From positions 682,001-746,000 of the forward strand of contig JAWMAR010000512.1 of NCBI GenBank assembly GCA_036785375.1: a stretch of DNA of 64,000 nucleotides, in the 5' to 3' direction. The position numbers were made by a program, and so were the translations under genes. The DNA is from Leucoraja ocellata (lineage: Eukaryota). Below, piece after piece: positions 11,615 to 22,590 of the stretch. The stretch's first letter is position 1, and each line of letters starts with the position of its first letter. Under the pieces are notes generated by a model. It made no database searches. It was not told the DNA's origin and saw nothing but the letters and a program-made list of their open reading frames with translations.

Positions 11615-11880
11615 TGGCACAGTGGTACAGCAGCAGAGTTACTGCCTCATAACGCCAGAGACCCAGGTTCGATCATTTGTACCTTCTCCAGTTGCTCCAG
11701 TTTCCTCCCACATCGCAAGGTTTGGCGATGTAGGTTTGTAGGTTAATTGGCTTCTGTAAATTGCACTTAGTGTGTAAGTTGTGAAAATGGGTTAACATAA
11801 ATCTAGTGTATGGTTGATCGATGGTCGGCATGGACTGCTTGGGATGAAGGGCCTGTTTCCTTGCTGTATTTTTCAATCTA
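11615..11880 (+). mobile_element. V-SINE (HE1-like), internally deleted
   Basis: A-box-like TGGTACAGCAG, B box GGTTCGATC, TTTCCTCCCACA, CR1-like tail. Confidence 0.85.
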
Positions 11881-11900
11881 TCATTTCAATCATCCCTATT

Positions 11901-11954
11901 GGGGTGGGAGATTGCAACCTTCACGTGATCCGCCCTGGTTGGACAAATGCAATT
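11901..11954 (+). ncRNA. Minimal HDV/CPEB3-like self-cleaving ribozyme (P4-less), copy 1
   Basis: P1 GGGGUGG/CCGCCCU (G1-U wobble), P2 GAUUGCA/UGCAAUU, P3 ACC/GAU (one mismatch), L3 UUCACGU, J4/2 CAAA. Confidence 0.72.
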
Positions 11955-12043
11955 ATCCCGGCGTGCACAATCAAATAAGATCAAATAGAATAATTTGTCC
12001 TACAACTTTAGGCTGTGCATGCTATGAGCAAGAAGAAGAAGAA
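11901..12043 (+). mobile_element. Short retroposon with HDV-like ribozyme head and Vingi-like (GAA)n tail, copy 1
   Basis: 9-bp TSD AATCATCCC (11888-11896 and 12042-12050). 3' end TGTGCATGCTATGAGCAAGAAGAAGAAGAA. Second copy at 28796. Confidence 0.8.
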
Positions 12044-12309
12044 TCATCCCCATCACTTACCTGTGAGCAATTCTGCATCAATTGGACTGTTACTCTAAAT
12101 TAAAATGCACCACAATGTCTTCATAAACATATCAAATTTACAAATACAGCTCTAACTTTGCAAATGGTGCAAGACAAAATGTCAACCATGGGGGATGTTC
12201 CATTTACATGTAACATGTTCTCTGTTCCATAAACTGACATTCCATGTAATCGCTCCACTGTTGAAACTTGAAACATGTTTCTTTCCTCACTTTTATGGTT
12301 TATTTTAAT

Positions 12310-12508
12310 TTAGTTTATTTTATTGTCACATGTAGCAAGGTCCAGTGAAAAGCATTTGTTGTGTGCTAGCCAGTCAGTGGAAAGACAGTACATGATAATG
12401 ATCGATCCATTTGCAATGTACAGATACATAATAAGGGAATAACGTTCAATGCAAGGTAAAGCCAGCAAAGTCCGATCAAGGATCGTCCAAAGGTCATCGA
12501 AGAGGTAG
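12310..12508 (-). mobile_element. Rex1/L2-like LINE 3' UTR
   Basis: TTTATTGTCACATGT..CAGTGAAAAGC..GCAAAGTCCGATCAAGGAT, repeated at ~31250, 39240, 39770 and 50640. Confidence 0.7.
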
Positions 12509-12785
12509 TTTAGATTAGTTTAGTTTGGGAATACAGCATAGAAACAGGTACTTCACCCCACCAAATCAACATCGGCCATTAGTCACCCGTTTACATAGTT
12601 CGACATTATTTGTTTTTCTCATCCACTCCCGACACACCAAGAGACAATTAGTTCATAAGTCATAAGAGCAAAATTAGGTCGTTTGGCCCATAGAATCTAC
12701 GCTGCCTACAACCTACAAGCCCGTACAAGCTTACAATCCCGCACGTCTTTGGGGTGTGCGAGGAAACCGGAGCACTGGAGGAAAC

Positions 12786-13120
12786 CCTTTTCTTTAGCCC
12801 GAGGGTGGTGAATCTGTGGAATTTATTGCCACAGATTTCGGTGGAGGACAAGTCACTGGGTATTTTTTAAGCGGAGTTTGACATTTTCTTGATTGGTAAG
12901 GGTGTCAAAGGTTCAGGGAAGAAGGCAGGTGAATGGGGCGGCATGGTGGAGCAATGGTAGATTTACAGGGGATCGCTGATCCGTGGGCCAAAGGGCCTGT
13001 TTAATACTATCGCTAAACTAAACTAAACTAATGGGATTGAGAAGGAAAGAAAGATCAGCCATGATTGATCGCAGAGTAAACCTGATGGTCTGAATGACCT
13101 AATTCTGCTCTTATGACATG
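12786..13120 (+). mobile_element. CR1 3' fragment with a small SINE piece inserted
   Basis: FFSPRVVNLWNLLPQ motif and UTR ending CTGCTCTTATGACATGAAC. Confidence 0.8.
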
Positions 13121-13254
13121 AACCTTTGCTGCTACTGTCACTCTTCCCTTTGAGAAGCATCCACCAATTCTCCTCATTGACAAATGCCCACAGAGTAGTA
13201 GTGTCATGGACCCATACAGCATAAAATCTACACATGGCTCATCTGCCAGCAGTT

Positions 13255-13610
13255 GGCCCGTGTCCCTCTAAACCTGTCCTATCCATGTACCACAAAAGTC
13301 CGCGAGCATTGCCACTTTCATTTCACTCCACATCTCGTATGTGTATGTGACAAATAAACTTGACTTGACTTGACTTGACTTGACTACCTGTCTAATTATT
13401 TCTTAAACATTAGGATAGTCCCAGCCTCAACTACCTCCTCTGGCAGCTTGTTCCATTCTACCACCACCCTTTGCTTGAGAAAGTTACCCCTCAGATTCGT
13501 ATTAAATCTTTCCCCCTTCGCATTAAACCTATGTCCTCTGTGCCTCTACCCGATTTATTCATCTCATGATGTTATACACCTCTATAAGATCATCTCTCAT
13601 TTTCCTGCAC
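13255..13610 (-). mobile_element. CR1 3' fragment interrupted by a short LINE tail with (CTTGA)n
   Basis: CR1 reverse-complement motifs either side of ~13295-13385, which reads GTGACAAATAAA then (CTTGA)5. Confidence 0.75.
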
Positions 13611-14224
13611 TTAGAGCTGCTACGACCGGCTCATAAAGTTCGTTTAGTACTAATGCTGGCAACAGCACGACTACTGCTGGGAGGGATCTGAAATAAAGTT
13701 AATAAGGTCACGACACAGACATTGTGTCTATCCTGCACTGGGTCAAAATGACACAAGATAATTGGGCAGGACCATCCTCAGCACGCGCATTCCAATGTTA
13801 TCCAATTCCAGCCCCTTTGATCCCGAATTTCAGTCATGGAAACGGTAATTGGAGCTCATCTATTGAAATTCATTGAGTGAACCATATTGTAATAAACAGG
13901 TCACCAATGTAAGTCAGAACAATTAAAATTCCATCACGTAATGGCTACTTTTAATTTGCATCACACAGTTTTTCTACAGTGACATTGTACTTAAAACTGA
14001 ATTAGTCTTCAATTTAATTTTCTTTAAAACTACTTTCACTTTTAACCAGCCAATCAATTCCTTCCACCCTAATGTATTCTGAATTGATAAGTGCTAAGAA
14101 AAATAATTTTGAAAGTTTCAGACAGCTATTCCATGTAATTAAACTTTGATTGCTTGAGCGAAGTGTAAATCTCAATTCATTAGATATTCTTGTCTTCCAC
14201 AAACCCAAATGGCTGCAAAGGGAA

Positions 14225-14610
14225 TGTGTAGGAATTACAGGTGCTTGTTTAAGCTGAATATAGATGCAAAATGCTCGAATAATGCTGCGGGTCAGACAGC
14301 ATCTCAGGAGAAAAGGAATAGTTGAAGTTTCGGGTTGAGACCCATCATCAGACTGACTGAAGAAGGGTCTCGACCCAAAACGTCACCCAAAATGATGTCT
14401 GACCCGAAGATAGACACAAAATGCTGGAGTAACTCAATGGGACAGGCAACATCTCTGGAGAGAATGAATGGGTGACGTTTTAGGTTGAGACCCTTCTTCA
14501 GACCCTGCTTCAGTCTGAAAAAGGGTCTCGACACGAACCGTCACCCATTCCTTCTCTCCAGAGATGCTGCCTGTCCCATTAAGTTACTCCAGCATTTTAT
14601 GTCTATCTTC
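14225..14610. mobile_element. Cluster of two inverted pairs of Penelope-like termini
   Basis: Repeated GATAGACACAAAATGCTGGAGTAACTC and CTGAAGAAGGGTCTCGACCC units in both orientations. Confidence 0.88.
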
Positions 14611-15051
14611 ATCGTACTGTAAACAATTTCTGGCACTGGTCCATCAAAGCACTCTGACCTGTGGATCTAATTTCAGCATTATGCCGCCAAAATATACCAA
14701 TCAATGAATTTGACTACTATTCTGTACAACTATTGCACCTGGACCTTCTCAATTATGTCTTAAATCACCCTGAGTTGGATGCCATTGATCTGTGCTTTTA
14801 CAGAACTACAAAGCTGATTCCTACGGTACATTATTATAATATGCTGAACCAGATTGTCATCACAGGATGTGATTCTGTGCACCATTACAGCATCTTGTTC
14901 TTACCTATGCTATTTCAGGATTATGAAGCAGATTGCTGCAATATAACATCATATCTGCATGACTACTGATCCAGATTCCTGTACCATAACATTGCAGCAT
15001 CTGACCTGAGAGAAAGAGTCCTACACTTTACCATTACAGCATATGGCTTCT
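14404..15051 (+). repeat. Copy A of a ~650-bp inverted duplication (partner 49176-49823)
   Basis: Collinear reverse-complement match, including the near-identical ORFs 14661-14969 (+) and 49258-49566 (-). Confidence 0.95.
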
Positions 15052-15060
15052 GCCTCAGCC

Positions 15061-15230
15061 CGAATGGGTGACCCGAAACGTCACCCATTTCTTCTATCTA
15101 GAGATGCTGCCTGTCTCGCTGAGTTACTCCAGCATTTTGTATCTAACTTCGGTTTAAACCTGCATCTGCAGTTCCTTCCCGCACATGCTGTCTGACCCAC
15201 TGAGTTACTCCAGATTTTGTTGTCTATACT
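15061..15230 (+). mobile_element. Penelope-like terminus
   Basis: GACCCGAAACGTCACCCATT..GAGTTACTCCAGCATTTTG..CATCTGCAGTTCC. Confidence 0.85.
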
Positions 15231-15644
15231 TGGCAGTACAGGGAGACAAACGTATACGCTGAAAGAAAGTGTGCTGGGAGAGAGGGAGGCATTTGCACTG
15301 TATTTTACAAATATATATCAAGGTTTGTTCAAGGGCAGATTCAACTACAGCAGAAAGCATTCAGCAATCTGGCAGGATAGGATTGTCTGCAGCTCACTCT
15401 GTTTTTCAGTGTGCAAATTGGATTCTAGGCCAGGGATGATAGATCCTAAAATGACAAATTGACAGTGGGTAAACAGCCGAGCCACAAGGACCATCTGGTA
15501 AATTGACTTCAGAGACAAAAGAATGATAAAAGCCCAAGCTGCCTTCAATTGCTTACATTTCATTCGCAATTTTGGTGATGTGCTAAAATGCATTTATAGC
15601 ACTCCCTGCCAATGCAGAGTTTAACATTTATAATAAGCAATAAC

Positions 15645-16090
15645 AATGGTGCAGCAGTACACCTGTTGCCTGGCAACGCTAGAGACCCGGGATCGATCCT
15701 GGCCTTGGGTGCTGTCTGTGTGTGGAGTTTGCACATTCTCCCTGTGACCGCGTGGGCTTTCTCCGGGTGCTCTGGTTTCCTCCCACATCCTGCGAGATTG
15801 TAGGATGTATAAGAAGGAACTGCAGATGCCAATTTAAACTGAAGATAGACACAAAAAGCTGGAGTAACTCAGCGGGACAGGCAGCATCTCTGGAGAGAAG
15901 GAATGGGTGACGTTTCGGGTCGGGACCCTTCTCGTTAGGATGGTAGGTTAATTGGCCCCTGTATATTACCTCTAGACCGAAGGTAATGTATACGAAAGTG
16001 GGTTAACATAGACCTGGTTTGAACGGTTGATTGATGGTCAGCGTGGACTCGGTGGGCCAAAGTGCCTGCTTCCATTCTGTATCTTTCAAT
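15645..16090 (+). mobile_element. V-SINE with a nested Penelope terminus (~15808-15933)
   Basis: B box GGATCGATCC and V-domain GGAGTTTGCACATTCTCCCTGTGACCGCGTGGG. The insert is flanked by the direct repeat TAGGATG. Confidence 0.88.
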
Positions 16091-16244
16091 CATTGTTAAT
16101 TGGCTTGTGTAAATTTCCCCTATTGTTTAGAATGCAAAAGTGAAAACCAAAACTAGTGTAAACGGGTGATCGATGTCAGCACAGACTCAGTGGGCAAACG
16201 GACTGGTTTTCACGCCGCATCTTAGAGTAAGTTACGTTCGCAAA

Positions 16245-16823
16245 TTCACAATTTACAGGAGTAGAATTAGGCCATGCGGCCCATCAAGTCTACTCTGCTA
16301 TTCAATCATGGCTGATCTCTACTTCCTAATCCCATTTCCTGCCTTCTCCTCAAAACCCTTGCCTCCTGGTCTAATCAAGAATTTGTCTATCTCTGCCTTA
16401 AAAATATCCACTGAATTGGCCTCCACATCCTTCTGTGGCAAAGATTTACACAGATTCTCCACCCTCTGACTGTAGAGATTCCTCTTCATTTCCTCCCTAA
16501 AAGAACGTCCTTTAATTCTGAGGCTATGGCCTCTGGTCCTAGATTCTCCCACCAGTGGAAACATCCTCTCCACATCCACCCTATCTATACCTTTTATTAT
16601 ATTGTAAGTTTCAATGAGGTCCCCCCTCAATCTTCTAAACTCCAGCGAGTACAGGCCCAGTGCTGTCAAACGCTCATCATAGGTTAACTCACTCATTCCA
16701 GGGATCATTCTGGTAAACCTCCTCTGGACCATCTCTGGAGTCAGAACATTCTTTGTTTTCAGATATGGGGCCCAAATTTGCTCACAGTACTCAAATGTGG
16801 CCTGACCAGGGCCTTATAGAGCC
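16245..16823 (-). mobile_element. CR1 LINE 3' fragment
   Basis: ORF 16319-16732 [39 protein letters not shown]. Confidence 0.95.
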
Positions 16824-16826
16824 TTA

Positions 16827-17023
16827 TGGGCCTATCCCGCTAAGGCAATTTTTTTGGCGACTGACGGTTGTTGGTAGCTTGCCGTAGCTTGACTAGGTGG
16901 TAGGTTGTTGGAGACATTGTTGTAGACATTGTCGTAGGGGAATCCAGTCGCCGGTTTTTCAGCAACCGGCTACGATTATGATAGTCGCCGGCAGTCGCTG
17001 AAAAAAAATCACCTTAAGGCCCA
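16827..17023. mobile_element. PIF/Harbinger-like MITE, rearranged
   Basis: Left TIR TGGGCCTATCCCGCT follows TTA. Related to the GGGCCTGTCCCACT TIRs at 24261, 36759 and 39333. Confidence 0.6.
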
Positions 17024-17281
17024 TAAGGCTCTAATAGGCGACTTTAGTCCAAAGCAGCACAGTGAGCTCCCGCTATTTACATAAAATTAAAATATACTCC
17101 TTCCTATATTTTTTTGAACATTTATATCTTTTGCAGAGATAGAGCATAGAAACAGGCCCTTCGGCCCACCAAGTCTACACTGACCACTAATCACCCACCC
17201 ACACTAGTTCCATACAATCCCGACACAATAGGGGAAGTTTTACAGAGAACAATTAGCCTAAAATTCCACATGTCTTTGGGA

Positions 17282-18015
17282 CAACAAAGGACATTTATAG
17301 TCACATACACCATTTCTGGTTTAGTGAAATTTGAGTTGCCTTTTGCAGGACACCAATAAAAGTAAGACACCACATTAAAAAGGAATTGAACATAAAACAT
17401 AAAAACATCCCCCAACAATGGTTCCCACGGTGAGGGAAGGTACAAATTCCAGTCCTCTTCCCCTTGTTCACCAATGGTCGGCCCTATTGAGGCCTCCGCA
17501 GTTGCCACAATTGGGCCCGATGTTCAGGCCCTCTTGCCAGATGATGGAGCTCCGGCATTGGGTGAACACTCTTCAGCGGCTTGGAGCGTCTGGAACGGCC
17601 AAGAGATCCCAAGCTCCGCGGTGTTCCGAGTCAGCGCTGTCGCGGCTGGAAGCTCCGCACCGACAGCTCCGCGATGTTGGGAATCAGCGGTCTCAGCACT
17701 CCGGAGCCCACCGCTCAGTGACCCGGTAAGGCATCGCCCACTCCACGATGGCGCCCCAGTGCTGCACCGCCGCCGAAGCTGAAGCCGAAGCCGAAGTTCT
17801 GGCCGGTCCCGGCAGGAAACGTCGCTCCAGTCCCAATGAGAGGCCGTGAGGAAGGGGCGAAGATACGGCTCGGAGAAAAGCCGCATCTCCGACCAGGTAG
17901 GGACTGGGGAAAATAATCCCCCCCCCCACACCCTCCACATAAAAAAGATTAGACCTCCAAACGAACCTTTAACATACTAAAAAATAAAAAAAAGGGTGAA
18001 AGGACGGACAGTTGC
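17282..18015 (-). mobile_element. GC-rich non-coding retroposon with Rex/L2-like tail
   Basis: Shares blocks with 21742-22590 and 34222-34968 (TTTCCTGCCGGGACCGGCCAGA.CTTC, CCTTCCCTCAC.GTGGGAAC) in reverse. Confidence 0.7.
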
Positions 18016-18034
18016 AGGTCATTGCTCCCTCAGA

Positions 18035-18390
18035 GATGTGGACCTTTTAGAGGTGTACAAAATCATGGGGGACATAAATAAGGAGAATTTTTCCGAAGGT
18101 AGAGCTATGTAAAAGTAGAGAGCATCGGCGTAAGATGAGAGGGGACAGATGTAAAAGGAAGCTGAGAGCAATTTCTTCACCCAAAGTGTGACGTGTATAA
18201 GGTACAAGCTGCCAGATGAACCCTTAGAGGCAGGTATACCAAATGGTGACATTTAATAGACAGTTAGACAGATACATGGATAGAAAAGAATTAGCGGGAC
18301 ATGGGCCTAATGCAAGCAAATGGGACTAGTCCCGTTATAAACCTGGTTGGCATGGACAAGTTAGATTGGATGGGCTGTTTACGTGTTGCA
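18035..18390 (+). mobile_element. CR1 3' fragment, old
   Basis: GAGGTGTACAAAATCATG, AATTTCTTCACCCAAAG, TTAGACAGATACATGGATAG. Confidence 0.75.
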
Positions 18391-19716
18391 TCCCCATCTA
18401 CTAGTTGGTAGCCCTCACTATTCTTTCCTCTACAACATCCTACAAGTTTTCTTTCTCTTGGCCAAAGGAGTAGCAATTGAGCAAGTTAATTGTGCATAGC
18501 TTTGGATCACATGCACCACTGAAACTTTGCACTGTTGTGTCCAAGGGAAAGAAACATCAGTTAACTTATTATGCATTGACCAATATATGTGCTTCTTCAA
18601 TCGTGAAAGGCTCAAATGATTCTGCTTCACTGCAGCACCGTAAAACACAATAATCTCATAGAAGCAAGGCTCCAAAGAATATTCCGCCAAATTGTTTACT
18701 CACATCACCCAGTCCCTCTGCCCTGATCAAAAATGATAAAGCTGTATAAAAGGATATGCTCAAGTAATACCAGGATTAACTGAACTAGATTTTTACAATT
18801 ATAGCAGGAAGATATACTGCAGTCGTGGAGAATGCAAGGCCATTAGAAACAGATGGGGCAATGTTGCACATGGAAATAAGTAATGACAGCATTATTAAAG
18901 AACTGTGTCACTGCAGAAGGAAAGGATAATGAATCTGGGGCTGTGAGTCTAACGAGACTTAACAAAACCAAGAATGATCATTAGAAAATAATAATGGTGC
19001 TGTCAGCCAAATCCCTGAAATCTGAAGGTTCCCACACAGAATTCCCTGATTTTTCATTCCGGATGAGCAATGGCGAATACCTGAACCATCATTTTACACA
19101 ACTATCTTAATGCAACAATTGCTCCAGAGGTGGCAACACAAATGGTGCAGTGTTTCTTCCCAGCTGAATCATCCTACCACAAGCAGAGGGCAGTGCTGAA
19201 CTATTATCTACGTCATTGGTGACCCTTGGACTATCCTTGATTGGACTTTCGCAAGTTTCAGTGAGGTCCCTCCCTCATCCTTCTAAACTCCAGTGAGTAG
19301 ACAATAGACAATAGGCGCAGGAGTAAGCCATTCGGCCCTTCGAGCCAGCACCGCACCAGCAGAGTGAAGCCCAGTGCCGACAAGCGCTCATCAGATGGGG
19401 TAATTCCTGAGAAGCTGTTGGATCAGACTGGAGTACGGAGAAAGAAAGGGGGTATTGTTGTGGGAAATGCCACATTAAGACTGAGATCAGAAACTTGTTT
19501 GCTTAGTGCATTGAAAATACTTGGAATTTTCTGCCCAAGAGTGAATGATTGGTTGTTGAATTTATGCAGGGCTAAGGTTGATGGATTTTTTGAGAACCTA
19601 AGGGAATCAAAGCACTGGGCAGGAAAGTAGAGAGAACTATTTCATCGACTATAATTTTGCTGAGCTGGCTCGAGGGGCTGGCTGATCGGCTTTTGATTCT
19701 AATATTCTATGTTTTG

Positions 19717-20045
19717 TTTTAGTTTAGTTTGGTTTAGTTTAGTTTAGTTAAATTTAGTTTAGAGATACAGCACAGAAACAGGCCCTTTGGCCCACTGGGT
19801 CAGCGCTGACCAACAATCCCCACACATTAACACTATCCTACACACACTGGGACAACTTACATTTATACCAAGCCAATTAACCTACAAACCTGTACGTCTT
19901 TGGAGTGTTGGAGGAAACCGGAGATCTCGGAGAAACCCACACGGTCATGGGGAGAACGTGCAGACTCCGTACAGACAGCACAGATAGTCACGATCGAACC
20001 CGGGTCTCCGTTGCTGCAAGCGCTCTACCGCTGCACCACCGTGCC
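19717..20045 (-). mobile_element. V-SINE (HE1-like), near full length
   Basis: (TTTAG)n tail, V-domain, and GATCGAACCCGGGTCTC (B box, reverse). Confidence 0.92.
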
Positions 20046-20052
20046 TCCCATT

Positions 20053-20415
20053 AGTTTAGAGATATGTGTGTAAACAGGCCCTTTGGCCCAGCAAGTCCGC
20101 ACCAACCAACACTAGTTCTATCCTACACACCAGGGGCAATTTACAAACCAATTACCTTACAAACCAGTGGTATAAAAAGGAACTGCAGATGTTGGAAAAT
20201 CAAAGGTAGACAAAAGTGCTGGAGAAATTCAGCGGGTGCGGCATCGACAAACCTACAAACCAGCACGTCTTTAGAATGTGGGAGGAAACTCAGAGAAAAC
20301 TCGCATAATCACGGGGAGAACGTACAAACTCCCTACAGACAGCACCCTTGGTCAGGATTGAACCCGGGTCTCTGGCGCTGTAAGGCAGCAACTCTACTGC
20401 TCCGCCACCGTGCCG
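20053..20415 (-). mobile_element. V-SINE with a nested Penelope terminus (~20170-20245)
   Basis: SINE motifs either side of AAGGAACTGCAGATG..GCTGGAGAAATTCAGCGGG. Confidence 0.85.
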
Positions 20416-21084
20416 ACCTCAAGTCATTATTTAAGGCTTCACTATTAGGCAGTTTATTAAAACTCATGTAACTGAATGCAAATTATTCATCAGTCTGGTC
20501 AAAGATGGAAAGTCGTGATACTAATGGTCAAGAAATGACGATGTGTGCTACAAGGGTCTATGCGGAACAGTACATGTGTACGATATGGTGGCATTAATAA
20601 CACACCAGAAAGCCAATGGGAGAAAAATTATTGGCTCACAATGAAAGTTACGGTACATCATTAAACTACCAGCCAGTGGAAAGATAAGGAAGACGTGCAT
20701 CTATTTAGCACCCTTTATTCCCTTGCAGTACATTTGAAAGTGTGTATTTTGTGTATTTTGACACTGGACTCGTATTTAGGTTATACATGTTATTAATGTA
20801 ATCCTGATCCCTATGTATCCATATCATTGTTACGTTTATCATTATTTTTTTTGTTGTTTTGTTTTTGATTTTGAACAAAACCAAAAAATAAAAAAAAATA
20901 AAAAATAAATAAAAAAGTGTGTTAAAGGAAGTGGAATGTAACTTCAGCTGTCATGTGGGAAACTCAGAACCCGGTCCTCTCAACCAGCAAGTGATCATAA
21001 CTCGATGAAATGTTTTGGTAGCGTTGACTAAGTGCCAGAAAGAGACCAGGCACTACACCCATACATCGTGCAAGTCGTGGATGG

Positions 21085-21352
21085 GGCTTGTAGAGCTGTG
21101 GCCCCACATCGCCAGAGACCCCGGTTCGATCCTGCCTTGGGTGCTGTTTATGTGGAGTTTTCACATTCTCTCTGTTACTGCACGGGTTTCCTTCGGGAGC
21201 TCCCGTTTCCTCTCACATCCCATCCAAAAGACGTGTGGGATTGCAGGGTGATTGCCCCTTGTGTGTAGGGAATGGATACGAAAGTGGGATAACATAGAAC
21301 TCAGCATGAACTCAGTGAGGCGAAGGTCCTGTTTCCATGCTGCATATTGCAA
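21085..21352 (+). mobile_element. V-SINE
   Basis: CCAGAGACCCCGGTTCGATCC B box, V-domain, CR1-like tail. Confidence 0.88.
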
Positions 21353-21364
21353 TCTTTAGTTCTA

Positions 21365-21700
21365 GGGTCATAGAGCACAGACACAGGCCATTCGGCCCAA
21401 CTTGCTCATGTTGACCAAGATTGCTCTACTTATACAAGTTCCATAAACCCACGTTTGGCCCATATCCCTCTAATTCTTTTCTATCCATGTAAATGTCCAA
21501 ATGTCTTTTAATTATGTTATGGTATCTGCTTTAACGACCTCCTCTGACTGCTCGTTCCATATATCCACCAACCTTTGCGTAAAAATGTTTCCTCTCAGCT
21601 TCCTTTCATATCTTTCCTCTCTCACTTTAAATGTATGTCTCCTGGATCTTGGTTCCCCTATTCTGGGTAAAAAAAACACTGTGCATTCACCATTATCTAT
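21365..21700 (-). mobile_element. CR1 3' fragment
   Basis: ORF 21512-21712 LRGNIFTQRLVDIWNEQSEEVV. Confidence 0.85.
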
Positions 21701-21741
21701 TGTTGCAGTCAATCAAATGAGAGATAGTGGATTTATGTCAT

Positions 21742-22590
21742 CGGGTGGCGCCAATGAGTGTGGCAGCCATCTCCAGCAACAGTCTGTCCTTTCACCCATT
21801 TTGTTAATTTTAGTGTGTCTAAAAGTATGCTTTTAAAGGTTTCTAAGTCTTTTTTATATGGGGAAAGGGGGTGGGGAATAGGGGGAAACCATTTCTCAGT
21901 CACTTCCTGGTCGAGTTGCGTCTATTCTCAGAGTCACATCTTCGCCCCCCCCCCCCTACCATCTAGATTGGCGCGGCCTTTCCAACCGGAGACCATCCAG
22001 AGCTTCAGCAGCGGCGCAGCACTGAATTCCATCGCGGAGTGGGACAATGCTTTACCGGGGATCGCCATGTTGGAACTCCGGAGTGTTGGGCCTGCTGATT
22101 AACACCGCGGTGTTGTGGTTTGTGGACCTTCTAGCCGCGGGCGGTGCTGAATTTAACATCGCGGAGTCCTGGGATCTTTTGCCGATGGTTGCCAGTGTTG
22201 AATCTCTGCCCAGCTTGGCCTGTGGACTTCGGGAGCTGTGGTCTCTGGTAAGAAGTGGCCAATTTGGAAACTCCAAGCCGCGAGTGTGTTCATCCGTTTC
22301 GACGGCGGAGTTCCGATCATTTCGCCAAAAGTGCCTGAACATCAGGCCGCCTTAGCGGCGAATGGGGAGGGTTCAAAGGACCCGACCATGGGTGAACAAA
22401 GAGGAAGATGACTGAACATTATTTCCTTCCCTCATAGTGGGAAACATTAATTCTGCTGTGTGGGGATATTCATGTTAAATTCTATAGTGTATTGTGTTCT
22501 TTATATTCATATGGCTTTATGGGAACTCAAATCTTACTGTACCAATGGTGCATGTGACAATAAATGTAACTTGAACTTGAACTTGAATTG
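21742..22590 (+). mobile_element. GC-rich non-coding retroposon with Rex/L2-like tail and (TTGAAC)n
   Basis: 5' GGTGGCGC..TGGCAGC..ACAGTCTGT, 3' CATGTGACAATAAA plus microsatellite. Homologous to 34222-34968. Confidence 0.75.

Noticed and set aside
14225-14610. CRISPR-like repeat array
   Set aside because: Eukaryotic context, inverted rather than regularly spaced direct repeats, and explained by Penelope termini.
14661-14969. 102-aa ORF duplicated at 49258-49566 as a protein-coding gene
   Set aside because: It has a GTG start right after a stop, no recognisable domain, and lies in degenerate tandem-repeat DNA. My manual count of ~6 synonymous versus ~6 non-synonymous changes is too small to show selection. 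Recent duplication explains the conservation.
17191-17940. Overlapping ORFs on both strands in GC-rich stretches (also 21758-22355, 23661-24075, 34340-34786)
   Set aside because: Stop-poor GC-rich repeat family. Reading frames are not conserved between homologous copies.
18430-18690. 86-aa minus-strand ORF in unique DNA as an exon
   Set aside because: No recognisable homology or convincing splice sites. The length is expected by chance.
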